NCBI GenBank assembly: GCA_951406725.2 | Contig: OX597819.1 | Coordinates: 44,516,001-44,580,000, forward strand | Length of the DNA stretch: 64,000 nt | Origin: Octopus vulgaris | Lineage: Eukaryota | Reading direction: 5' to 3' | Part shown: positions 12,737-25,518 of the stretch, in pieces | Layout: the number at the start of each line of letters is the position of its first letter | How positions within the stretch are numbered: the stretch's first letter is position 1 | Translations under genes and position numbers: made by a program | Notes under the pieces: model-generated | Told to the model about the DNA's origin: nothing | The model's input: the letters and a program-made list of their open reading frames with translations, nothing else | Database searches by the model: none

Positions 12737-13996
12737 ACTCTTTATTTTTACTCTTTTACTATTTTCAGCCATACATAAGGCTGCGGTGATGCTGGAGCAA
12801 CCACCGTGGTCTTTCTGATTACCTCAATCTGGGGTATGTCACATCATCACTCCTGTGTGTGCTTTTGCCCCAGCTGTTGGCCCATTTGCTGTATAAGGGA
12901 GTTTGATCCCACTGCCCTTGTCTATATCTCATGTCGGGCAGCTGGTTCATCCGCTATGGTGAAGAGTAGGTTGTCTAGTTCCTTTTTGAAGATATCTACT
13001 TCCACCATATGTAGATTTCTGAATTTTTGTGACAGAAAATTGAAGAGATCTGGGCCTTTGGACTCTAGACTACCTGGTCCTGAATTTAGACGGAGTGGAT
13101 GGTGCCTTTGATACAATACAGTGTCGGCCAATTCTGGCATTTGTACACCATTCAATGCCCAAATTAGGTACTAGCCCTTCTAGAGTTTTCTATATGCAGA
13201 TTATAACATATCTGCCGCGCCTTCGCTCCAGCGAGTAAAGTTGCAGCTTTCTCAGCCTATCCCTGTAGCACATCCGCTGCAATATTTCAATCTTTTTAGT
13301 GTGGTTGTGTTGGACTGCTTCAAGCTCTACTGTTAGTTTCGCACTATGTGGTGACCATAACTGGGAGCAGTAATTCAGGCGGCTAAGAACTAAGGTTCTT
13401 CACAGGATCAACATAGTTTCTTGGTCTCTTGTCTTGAAGGACCTTAGAATCCAATCTGCCAGACGTCTGCACTTCGCTGCCATCTTGGTAATGTACATAT
13501 AAAATGATGCGCAATTACACATACTGATCCCCAAGTCTTTCACTGCGTGTGACTCTGGGATAGAAGTGCCTTCGGGTCCTGTATATGCAGGCTGTAGAGC
13601 ACACGTGAGCTGATAATGCAGTATTGGACATTGTCCAGCATTAAACTGCATGTTGTTCATTTCGACCCACTTGTAAATCGAATTCAGGTCCCGCTGTAAT
13701 CTTGCGACGTCGTCTTTTCTATTGCCTGTGATAATTTTGTGTCATCAGCATAGCTAGTGACAGTGGCTGTCCAACTGACAGTGAGCATTTCTAAAAGGGC
13801 TATTAAGAACAGTAATGGCCCCAAAACAATTCCCTGGGGGATGCCGCTTAGGATTTGAGTTTCCCCAGAAAGGGTACCATTGGCTGCAATTGTCTGACTT
13901 ATGTCTTTAAAGAAGACATGCAGCCACTCGCCCTGTTAACCAGCAATGCTAAGGTCTCATAACCTATGACATATCATGTCGTGTTCTACCTTATCT
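12737..13996 (-). mobile_element. 5'-truncated CR1-type LINE (diverged subfamily)
   Basis: GIPQGIVLGPLLF, SYADDTK, NNMQFNAG, WILRSFKTRD, KLQLYSLERRRGR. 3' tail GCTCCAGCATCACCGCAGCC-loop-GGCTGAAAATAG(TAAAAGAG)n. Confidence 0.9.
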
Positions 13997-14503
13997 GCGC
14001 AAGACTTTCACAAGCACTAACAATGTAAGTCACACTTTCGACCCTCTTCCCACACATTCTGCAGAAGTCCGATGCACTTGTGTGATATATAGTTGGTGTT
14101 CAATGCCTGGTCCTGGGCCGCGATGATTGGGCTTTCAGTATTCATTTTTAGGTCATCCTTCTGGAGCCACCTCCATGATGCTCCCTGTTCTTTTAATATG
14201 TTGGTTTTACGGTGGAATTGACCATGTAATTCTATACGGAGTATGATTTCTTTTCTCTCGATAGTTGTTCTTGCTCGGAATTCATGAGCGAGCTCAAGTA
14301 CATTTTTGTCAACCCCTTCTGCACTAGCAGCACACTGTAGCAGGTCTTTGCTATTTACCAAGTATTCTGCCATGTTTCTTCTTTCACTGTTGATCCACTC
14401 CCGTACGCTAATCAGCCCACGACCACCTTTACCTCTCTCCATGTAGAGCCTGTGTACATTTGTCCTTGGGTGGAGGGCACCATGCATTGTCATTGTCTTT
14501 CGG
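13997..14503 (-). mobile_element. R4/Dong-type non-LTR fragment fused directly to the CR1 5' end
   Basis: MHGALHPRTNVHRLYMERGKGGRGLISV...LHGQF...SWRWLQKDDLKMNTESPIIAAQDQALNT. Confidence 0.85.
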
Positions 14504-14512
14504 GTATATATA

Positions 14513-14655
14513 TACGATGGGCTTCTTTCGGCTTCACTCTACCAATTCCACTCACAAGGCTTAGCCCGAGGCTATAAGTAAAATACACTTTCCTAAGTGG
14601 GACTGAACCCGGAGCCATGTGATTGGCAAGCAAGCTTCTTACCACGCAGCTACGC
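14513..14655 (-). mobile_element. SINE family B, 5' part
   Basis: Similarity to the head of the 21712 copy. Confidence 0.75.
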
Positions 14656-14963
14656 TTTTATAAAGGGGGGGGGGTGAAAGTAACTTCGGTCCGTTAAACT
14701 ACGTCAGACTTCTAAATGTTTAATAAATATTTACACTAAAATGTATTCAGTATTTCTCCAGTTTAGTTTAAATTGTTTTTAAATAACCTATCTTAAAAAG
14801 ACCAAAGTGTGTGTGTGCGCGTGGGTATGTATGTGTCTGTGTGTAATTCTGGCAAAAAAAGAAATAGAAAAGTGTCAAAATTATAGAAAAAGTTTGCAAA
14901 TAGATATTATCAAGAATGGAAGGCAGGGGTAAACATGTTTGATATTTCCACATGTGGGGCTAA

Positions 14964-15002
14964 TTCCAACACGTTTCGGTCCAATTATCTCTCATCAAGA
15001 AA
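14964..15002 (-). ncRNA. Degenerate minimal hammerhead-like motif
   Basis: Minus strand TTC-TTGATGA-GAGATAATTGGACC-GAAAC-GT-GTT-GGAA. Confidence 0.4.
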
Positions 15003-15512
15003 ACCTAGTTTAATTGTTATTGAAGATCTTATAACGAATGACATGAGATACACTGTTTTCGTGAATGAACACAGAGGAGGCTTCGCTGAATTTATCCATT
15101 ATATCTATTGTGTATGGTAATAGAAACATACACACACTAACACACAACACACACACGTACAAACATAGGCATTTGCCTTGGTCTTTCATTTCCTTGATGA
15201 AGTAGGGGCTCCCATTATGACGTGTAGCCTATTTTATGCATGTTTAGATCTGAAAAAGCCTGTCATTCTCCAGGTTTCTGCCCATAAGATTATTTTACTT
15301 GAACAGAACAAAATAAGATAATGTGAAAATTGGAGTAAGAGAAAGAGAAGAATCGACCCTGGCAAAGGACTGGTGCATGTTCATCAAACGTGAAACGAGG
15401 AAAGGTAAAATTTTACCTCAGCGTCTATTGAACTCAGACCGTAAAAAGATAACGCGAATACCGAAATTGATCCGTCCAAGGCGCCTATAAGCCTACCAAT
15501 CGGAACTACCCT

Positions 15513-15822
15513 ATGTATGTATGTATGTATGTATGTATGTATGTATGTATGTATGTATGTATATATGTATGTATGTATGTATGTATGTTTGTATGTATGT
15601 ATGTATGTATCATGCATGTATGTACACACTCTCTCTATAGATATGTATGCGTGTGTGTGGGTGGGTGTGTGGATGTGAGTGTGTGTGTGGGTGTGAATGT
15701 GTGTGTATGTATGCATACACATGAATTTTTCACTTTCTCTCCAACTCTCTCTCTATATATATATGTATATGTATATGTATATGTGTATGTGTACGCACAC
15801 ACGCATATATATATATACATAA

Positions 15823-15853
<31 letters not shown>

Positions 15854-15939
15854 CATAAATACAGGCACTCGTATACATATATATATGTATATGTATATGT
15901 ATATATACATTCATAAACGTATACATGCATATATACATA

Positions 15940-15976
<37 letters not shown>

Positions 15977-16090
15977 GAACTTGCACGTGCACACACGCAT
16001 CTGACACCCCCCACACACTCACACACACAAACACACACACTCACACACACTCACACATATGATATGATATATGAAATGATATATGGGTAT
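15513..16090. repeat. Compound microsatellite (TATG/TG/TA/CA)
   Basis: Directly visible. Confidence 0.95.
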
Positions 16091-16401
16091 GATATTGTAT
16101 ATTGTTACATACCTAACATAACGGAGCTACTACCTTCTCTGCTTAATTAGCAAACAGAACTTAACGGTCGATGCATTCATTTGCAGAAAATTTTCTACCT
16201 AAGTCTGCACATTTAACTATATTTTTATTGCTGAATATTTACTACAAGTTTACTACTATTGCGTGAGCTTAACAACAGCAAAAGAGCATAAACACAAGAC
16301 ATACACATACTCGCGCGCCTACACACGCATCGCCATTACTTATACAAGCACAAGTGTTAACGAGCACAGTCGTATCCCTGATGTACAGACAGTTTTTTTC
16401 C

Positions 16402-16438
<37 letters not shown>

Positions 16439-16679
16439 CCATATACGAATACGTGAATTTCAATGCTTGTATGTGTGCATGGGTATGTAGACATAGATAT
16501 TCTCTGATAGAAATACACGCACTCACAAGTAATTACATCAATGGCAGAGTAACATAGTTTCTCATTAATATATATAGAATTATACACATGTTTGCATAAA
16601 TTAATGTGTGTATGTGTGTGTGTGTATCTATCAATCGAGCAGTCGCTCACTCAATCAAACAATCTGTTTGTCTGTCTCT

Positions 16680-16852
<173 letters not shown>

Positions 16853-17279
16853 TATGATCCATGTATGTCTAAGTGCGTCTGTATCTATGTATGTGTGTGC
16901 ATATGTATATATATATATATTATATATATATATACTTATATATATGTATGTATATACACTTACATGCATTCATACATACATGAACACGCGCACGCAAAGT
17001 GTCAAAAGTGACTCAGGGGCTTATAGTCCTTGTCAAACTAATAAGCTAATAATAGCAATATACCAGGTGGTGCTATTAAGTTAGACATGGCCTGGGCCAA
17101 TAATGGCCGAAACCTATCAAAGTATCAAAGTATATATATTTAATCAGCCGAAATTGCTAAGATGATCTGGTTCTTGACTGATGACTGAGGGCTTCGAATG
17201 TCCCGTCCTGTGGTTCTTGTGTCGTCTCTGTGGCGTTTCATGTTCTTGTCCATGTCTGTAATTATTTTTACTGTTTACC

Positions 17280-17400
<121 letters not shown>

Positions 17401-17540
17401 ATATACTTTATTTAAAAGCAGCAGAAATTCAACAAAATTTGTTGAATTTCTGCTGCTTTTAAATAAAGTATATTACTCTAACCCTGGTATTTGAGTACAT
17501 TTTTTTCCACCTTGTTTCACATTTATGTGTTTACTCCGGT
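17401..17540 (+). mobile_element. Fold-back mini-element in (TA)n: 36-bp perfect inverted repeat plus ~65-nt one-sided tail; probable PLE terminal fragment
   Basis: ATATACTTTATTTAAAAGCAGCAGAAATTCAACAAA (17401-17436), then A, then the exact reverse complement (17438-17473), then TACTCTAACCCTGGTATTTGAGTAC... Confidence 0.75.
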
Positions 17541-17653
17541 ATATATATATACGTTTGAGTGCGTGTGTGTGTGTGTGTATCTATGATGTTATGCATACTC
17601 CTTTACTGATTTGTATTTTTTCTGTTTGTTCCTATTTATCTATCTACACACAC

Positions 17654-17687
<34 letters not shown>

Positions 17688-17701
17688 TACACACACACAC
17701 G

Positions 17702-17736
<35 letters not shown>

Positions 17737-18198
17737 ATACATGTAATGCAATGCATTCAGTTAACTGAGCTGAGTTTGCTCATTTAATTAATGGGCGTTT
17801 AAAATTCAAAGCTTAAAACTATCAACAACGGGAGATAACCGCAGTACTATCAGACAATCGAAAGTTTTTAGAAATAAAATTTCAAAGGGAGGAGTAAGTC
17901 AATGGCGTCAACCCCAGTACTCTTTAATTTTGTCGGCCGCTAAAGGGAAAGATGACCATGCTGGGATTTGAAACTAGGACTAGAGGGAAAGCAATCCTAC
18001 ATATATATGCGAGTTAATGCAGACTTACCTTGTATTCAATACCTCAGGGATATGACACAGTTTTCAAGAAATAGACGAATGTTGCCGATGTGATTGACCT
18101 TGCATTTATTTCGCATTGTTTTAGCCTTACCCACAATCCTTTATACAATATATATATATAGGTATATACATGTGTATATATACATGTGTATATATATA

Positions 18199-18427
18199 GG
18201 TGGTGAGCTGGCAGACACGTTAGCACGCCGGACGAAATGCTTAGCAGTATTTCGTCTGTCGTTACGTTCTGAGTTCAAATTCCGCCGAGGTCGACTTTGC
18301 CTTTCATCCTTTCGGGGTCGATAAATAAAGTACCAGTTTCGCATTGGGGTCGATGCGATCGACTTAATTCCTTTGTCTGTCCTTGTTTGTCACCTCTATA
18401 TTTAGCCCCTTTGTGGGCAATAAAGAA

Positions 18428-18430
<3 letters not shown>
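18199..18430 (+). mobile_element. SINE family A, young copy in (TA)n
   Basis: tRNA-like head plus central GGTCGACTTTGCCTTTCATCCTTTCGGGGTCGATAAATAAAGTACCAG domain, which resembles the Meta/MESC SINE core as recalled. Confidence 0.9.
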
Positions 18431-18459
<29 letters not shown>

Positions 18460-18523
18460 ATGTGTATATATATGTGTATATATATATGTGTATATATATA
18501 TATATATGTGTGTGTATATATAT

Positions 18524-19821
18524 TTGATTTGATTTGATCTAGTTTCAGATCATGAGCTGTGGCCATTCTGAGGCACCTCAATTTGGTGTTGCTACATAAT
18601 TTTTCTTCACTTATTCTTTTTAGAAATTAACATTTGCGGCATGAGGATGTTTTATGCCACAGCCCTCATAAGCACCTCCTGCCGTGAAGTTGGTTCATCT
18701 GGGACACTTGACAGTATGAGATCCAGCTTTATTTTGAAGGCACCTACATCCAACCCATGCAGGTCTCGCAGGTCTTTCTGGAGGATATTGAAGAGCTGTG
18801 GACCTCTGAAGCCCAGGCTATTGCAATATCTTGTCCTACATCTTGATGGCAAATTTGGAGACCTTGGCACTATGCAGTCGCACCCAGTTCAAGTATTTAT
18901 GTAACCCTTAATTCCAAGGTTTGGGACAAGTTCTTCCAGAATCTTCCAGATGTATATTATGGCATACCTTTCTCGCCTACGCGCTAAGGAATAGATTCCT
19001 AATCTCTTGAGTCTTTTCCAGTAGCTTATACGCTGTATAGAGGCCATATTCTTCCTGTAGCTTCGTCGTATTGCCTCAAGTTCTGCGATTAATTTGACAC
19101 TGGTTGGTGAGCATAGCTGAGAGCAATAGTGAAAGTAGTTTAGGATAAGTGTCCTCCAGTGTTACATAATGGCTTCTTGATCACTCGTTCTAAAAGTTCT
19201 AAGAATTCATCTGGTCAGCCGCCTGCATTCCATTGCCAACTTAGCAACATTACTCATGTAAATGCCCAGGTCTCGCACTGACTGTGACTCTGGAATTGCA
19301 ATCCCTCAAGGTCCAGTGTATTTAATGGGTATTGCATTTAATTTTGCATGCTGATAGCTCAAGGTTTGAAACTTTTAAGCATTACACTGCATGCTATTAT
19401 TTTCAGCCCACTTGCATATTACATCCAGCTAACATTGCAGGTGCATAGTTTCTTCAGAGTTCTGTATTACCTGTGAGGTTTTTGTGTCACTTGCATATAA
19501 CTTGTGATCGTGGCTCTCTGTGTGGCTGAAGGCATGTCTGAGAGGGTCATTATGTACAGCAGTGGTCACAAAACTGTATCTTCGGGAACACCGCTCACTA
19601 TTTGTATATGATTGGAAGTGATTGTATATGATTGATTACTACCAACTAACTATATCCTTCAGAAAGTCATGAAGCCATTCTCCTAATATTCCAACTATGC
19701 CGAGATCACGCAGTTTGTGACATATCATTCCATGATCGATTTTATCAAAGGTCTTTGCAAAGTCGAGATATATCACTTCCACATTTGAGTGGTTGAGCAG
19801 CTGTTTCAGGACCCAGTCATA
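18524..19821 (-). mobile_element. 5'-truncated CR1-type LINE, same family as 33611-36370, flanked by (TA)n on both sides
   Basis: [36 protein letters not shown]. Tail CATGATCTGAAACTAG(ATCAA)n. Several frameshifts. Confidence 0.93.
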
Positions 19822-20428
<607 letters not shown>

Positions 20429-20431
<3 letters not shown>

Positions 20432-20778
20432 TCTTTCTTTATCTTCTTTATCCCCGTCTGTCTTGATAGACAATGGGTTGCGCCAAGGGTGGGGCCTACT
20501 TTGATGATGTGCAGCGTCTGCTGTGACTGAACAGTCCAATTCTAGAGTGGCAGTCCTTAGTACAGTTGCTGCACACGAACATCGATGGGTACGTTTGGGG
20601 TGTTGCTGCAGTTGTCCTCCTCCTTTCCCCCCTGTCCAACCACAGCTGTGCTCTCCTCTTCTCAGCCATGGAAACGCCTTTCCTCACCGTCCGACGCCAG
20701 GCAGAGCGGTCAGCAGCTGTTTCCTCCCACGTGTCCACACAGATGTTGGCAGTTCTCAGGTCGCGCTTGCACACGTCC

Positions 20779-20780
<2 letters not shown>
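20429..20780 (-). mobile_element. RTE-clade LINE 3' end, 5'-truncated, in (TA)n
   Basis: [12 protein letters not shown]...[15 protein letters not shown]...[23 protein letters not shown] followed by a short 3' UTR with a GAA-rich tail. Confidence 0.9.
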
Positions 20781-20842
<62 letters not shown>

Positions 20843-20879
20843 ATATGTATGTATGTATATATGTATGTATGTATGTATG

Positions 20880-20913
<34 letters not shown>

Positions 20914-20970
20914 TGTATGTATATATGTATGTATGTATATATGTATGTATATATGTATGTATATATATGC

Positions 20971-21028
<58 letters not shown>

Positions 21029-21711
21029 ATATATTTCGCTATATACAAATGTGGCGGCTTTTTTCTAAGCTCCTAGAAAATTGCTAAGAAATTTCTGAAA
21101 AGCTGCGAATTCTATTACAAAAAAAATGCCTTGAATGTCTTCCTAAATTAGAAAGAATACACCTGGAGAAATATAAAGTGAAATATATTAAGCAGGGAGA
21201 ATCTTTTGCGAATGTACGAAGTACAAACATTGCAAATAACAACACGTGGATTTTACGAATTTTCTAAAATAGCCCTGATTTCCGATTGGAAAAAAACTCA
21301 CTATCTAAATAACATTTGAGTGAAAACATATCAAGCCAAATTTAAAGAAAACCCGTGTGGAATATATAGAAGGGGAAAACAGGATATACGAATATATGAA
21401 ATGTAAACAATGTGTCGTATGGAGCAGTACATGGTATCACCATAACTTGAAAAGAAGTTCAAAATCTTCCACTGTCTTGGAAATACCCGTCTTTTCTGAA
21501 AAACTAGATAAGTATCTCTGTGTAATTTCTGTCATTTATTGAAGGCTATTATTAGGGGAAACTAGAAGGTTAAATTTACATAAGGTCTTTTCACTGTGTT
21601 TTGCTTTTAACTGACGAGATTTTTTTATTATTGTAGAGAGGTTTAACTTTCATTACTCCTGTTTTAAGAGAATTTTCGTAGTTTGAGATAGGTATATAGG
21701 TAGTTTGCATA

Positions 21712-22128
21712 GGCGCAGGAGTGGCTGTGTGGTATGTAGCTTGCTAACCAACCACATGGTTCCAGGTTCAGTCCCACTGCGTGGCATCTTGGGCAAGTGT
21801 CTTCTGCTATAGCCCCGGGCCGACCAATGCCTTGTGAGTGGATTTGGTAGACGGAAACTGAAAGAAGCCTGTCGTATATATGTATATATATATAAGTGTG
21901 TGTGTATATGTTTGTGTGTCTGTGTTTGTCCCCCTAGCATTGCTTGACAACCGATGCTGGTGTGCTTACGTCCCCGTCACTTAGCGGTTCGGCAAAATAG
22001 ACCGATAGAATAAGTACTGGGCTTACAAAGAATAAGTCCCGGGGTCGATTTGCTCGACTAAAGGCGGTGCTCCAGCATGGCCGCAGTCAAATGACTGAAA
22101 CAAGTAAAAGAGTAAAAGAGTAAAGAGT
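21712..22128 (+). mobile_element. SINE family B, full length (CORE-like; resembles octopus OR-type SINEs)
   Basis: tRNA-like head GGCGCAGGAGTGGCTGTGTGG...GGTTCAGTCCC, CTTGGGCAAGTGTCTT core, internal TA/TG microsatellite, LINE-like tail GGCGGTGCTCCAGCATGGCCGCAGTCAAATGACTGAAACAAG(TAAAAGAG)n. Confidence 0.92.
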
Positions 22129-22195
22129 ATATATTTATTTGTTCCTTTATTTTTCCCAATCCAAGTCGAGTCCTTTTCAAGAGTTTGCATAACTT

Positions 22196-22234
<39 letters not shown>

Positions 22235-22599
22235 TCATCACACCGTCATTTCTCCATTTCTCTCTCTTCTCTATTTTTCACTTCTCTCTAACACACAGTC
22301 TTTCTCCTCTCAGACCCTCAACCTCTATTATAAATACATACTCCCTCTTTCTTTCTCCCTTTGTCTCTTCACTTCTCTCCATCACGCCTCTTTCTCTGTC
22401 TCTTCACTTCTCTCTCTCACACCTTCTTCTCTCAACCTCTCAATCTTCTTAAATATATAGAAACAAACACACTCTCTCTCTCTTCCTCTCTTCCCTCAGC
22501 CTCTCACTCTGTCTAAATAAATAGACACACTTTCTTTCTTTATTTCTTCAGTACCCTCCATCACACCGTTAATTTAAAAAAAAATAATTAGATAAACAA

Positions 22600-24765
22600 A
22601 TATATAAAATATCCATAAAAATTTCCAGAAACTGGAGAAGTATGGAATTAGCATTGTTTTTGAGATCCTGTTACTGTGCTGAAGGAAATAATACAAACAA
22701 TATAATCACAACTGCGCAGAAGAGCAATGGTTACACCAGATCTTTAGCACAGATAGAACGAAAGAAGCAGGAGTTTACAGGCTCCTACGCTCTCATACGA
22801 TCCAACATCAGCACTCTTGATACCATCTTTGATAATGAACACAGCAAAATGACAAGGATGGAGGCCCGGATGTAGATGAACGATGTCACCCCCACTTGAT
22901 AGACACTCAAGTAAACAAAGAAGATTCAAGCAAGAAAACTGCCCGGATGGTGAACCTAAGTGCAAGTGCCCCTACCATCACTAAAGAGAAAATCCGTGGA
23001 GGTGAAAGAGCCAAGAAAGAACAACTAAAAGGAGCAAAAACTAAAACAAAAACAAAAGATGAAACAGCCAAACAAAGAAGCAAACCTGACTTACCCATAT
23101 AACAAAAAGCACAAAAAGAGACAGCATACACGAATGTGCAAATTCCACTTGAAAAGTATCTGCTGGCATGGAGAGGGAGGTGCAAGCTGCCGTTTTGCAC
23201 ACCAATGACCCTGCCAAATAAACATGAAACAGGGCGGAAATCACCTGTCAAAAGGAAAGGTCTACGCACCACCTGCCCCAAAACGGAGACACGCAGATGT
23301 AGTACGTGCTACAAACCAGACTTATCAACATGTTGTTGAAAGGGCAGTTGCTGAACAACAACCTTGTTTGTGCATGGCATAAAAGATTGTACAATGTCAC
23401 AGATGGGACTATCCCCAATACACTCAAATACACGCAAATAGACCACAATACCACAGCATATAGGTCCCAATACTGCAAAAAATAGACCCAAGGTGGGCAC
23501 CGCTGGTAACAACACACACACATCACATCGGTGCTCTTATTGAGCATCAGAGGAGTATTAACACTTAGTAACAGGACAAAAATTCCTTTCTTGAGAGACC
23601 TTACGGAAATACACATGAAACCAGATATAGCAAATGCAGAAATACACATACTGCAGTATGTTGTATTACGGACCGACAGGAAAGAAAGGAGTCCTGGTGG
23701 AGTTGCTATGTACATCCGTAAAGACCTCACACGCCAGGTCCTTTTATCACACTCAAATTCAGTATGTGATACACTAATTGTACATATAAGGCAACTCGAT
23801 GTAGTTATATGTACTACATATCGCCCTCCAAATGCCCCGAATCATGTAGGCAAGTTTGAAGACTGCCTTACAAAAATAGAAGTTCTAGTTACATTATAAC
23901 AACACATAAGTGTACTTCTTTATGGGAAAATTCAATCTGCCCAATGTCAGATGGCCCGAGAGCATTTGACTCCCAGGAATGGTACGATGCTAACTAGGAC
24001 AGGTGAAGTCACACCTGAACCTTATCAACACTTTGTACATGGAAGAAATAGTACGCCAACCAGGGCAGGTAACATACTGGATCTCTGCTTCACAAATAAT
24101 ACGGATCTCATCCATAATGTGAAAGTGACACCGACGCTACTGTCGGATCACAACATGGTAGAGCTGACCATATACGGACCAAAGGAAACCATGGACATGT
24201 AACCTACAAGAAACTCTCAGAATCTTTCCAGCTTGAACTTCTATAAGTCAAACTGGAAACAAATTGAGAACGAGATCTTCAAACAAAACTGACCTAAATG
24301 TCTCTCCTCGCCAGACATCGAAATGAAACTTGAACAATTCATATGTCTGTAATGCAAGCCATATGCTACGTATGTGTCCCGGAGACAACAGTCACTGTAC
24401 ACAAGAAGAAAATTCTCATGATACGACGTACAAAAGTTTAAAAAATCGCCTAAACAAACAAATCGAAAGCAGTGAAAAATCCCGCCTGAAATTTCAACTG
24501 CTGGAGATTGAAAAAAGTCTGCAACTCTCCCATGAAAAAAGGAAAAAACGGACAAAGAAGCCTAGGCTATAGAGAATATAAAATCTAACCTCAGAGCTTT
24601 CTACAAGTTTGCCAAAGAAACAGCTTCAGTGCACTGCAGGATAGGGCCACTCTTCGAAAAAGATGGTACACTCACAGGAAACTCAATGAGGATAAGTGAA
24701 ATACGAAATAAGCAATTCAAAAAAAAGTATATTCACTCCACCCCTAGGACACTTGCAAGTCAGCA
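22600..24765 (+). mobile_element. CR1-type LINE 5' half (ORF1 remnant plus APE endonuclease and linker), 3'-truncated at (TA)n
   Basis: [42 protein letters not shown] (APE motifs). 23787-24765 aligns with the minus strand of 36370-35385. Upstream Lys-rich and Cys/His-rich ORF1-like remnants. Confidence 0.88.
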
Positions 24766-24779
24766 ATATATATATATAC

Positions 24780-24853
<74 letters not shown>

Positions 24854-24979
24854 AAAGAATTCCAACCTTGTCTGATTTTCACGTTTTATTTACAATCTTA
24901 TAATGATATATTATAAGATAATATATTATAATTGAATAAAATAAAATGAAATAGTAGAATGTTGAATATTCATTCTGAT

Positions 24980-25024
24980 TGAACTAGTACTTTCATGCAT
25001 TGAATTCTGTAATCTTCGGGTTCA
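24980..25024 (-). ncRNA. Minimal type I hammerhead motif in the PLE pLTR (one core substitution)
   Basis: Minus strand TGAAC-CCGAAGA-TTACA(GAATTCAA)TGCAT-GAA-AGTACT-A-GTTCA. Stem I TGAAC/GTTCA, palindromic stem III AGTACT. CUGA core reads CCGA. Confidence 0.65.
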
Positions 25025-25518
25025 TGTAGTAGTGTTGACAGTCATGCTTCACAATTTTTGACTGTAGCAAGATGAGTGATTCTGTGCTATAAATACAGCT
25101 GGGTAGGCTCCAGAGTGCTAGGTTTTGCAAACTGTATTCTGACCAATCAGTGTGTAGTATCACTCAATTACTTAAGCTGATTGGTTGGTTGAGCTGATTG
25201 GTTTAGGCATCACGCTTTGTTGGACAGGACAAGAGTCCTGTATCTTGACCCTGGCCGAAGCAGCAATTGTTGGGTTATTTTTAGAAATGTTGTAAATATC
25301 CTTTGTCAGAGATTTTTATATTTTTATATTTCAATTGTCATCATCATCATTGTCAGCACCTTAATTATTGTTGCTAGTGGTGATGGTGGTGGCAATAGAA
25401 CTTTTAACCCTAAATAAGATAATTTTCCTGCTATCTTCGTCTTGATCACCTTTAGTATTGTTGTTGTTGTTAGTGGTCATGGTCGTAGCAGTGGAAGTAA
25501 TACCTCTAAGTATTATTA

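Noticed and set aside
18199-18290. tRNA-like A/B boxes in SINE heads
   Set aside because: No complete cloverleaf, and they continue into SINE core and tail. Not tRNA genes.
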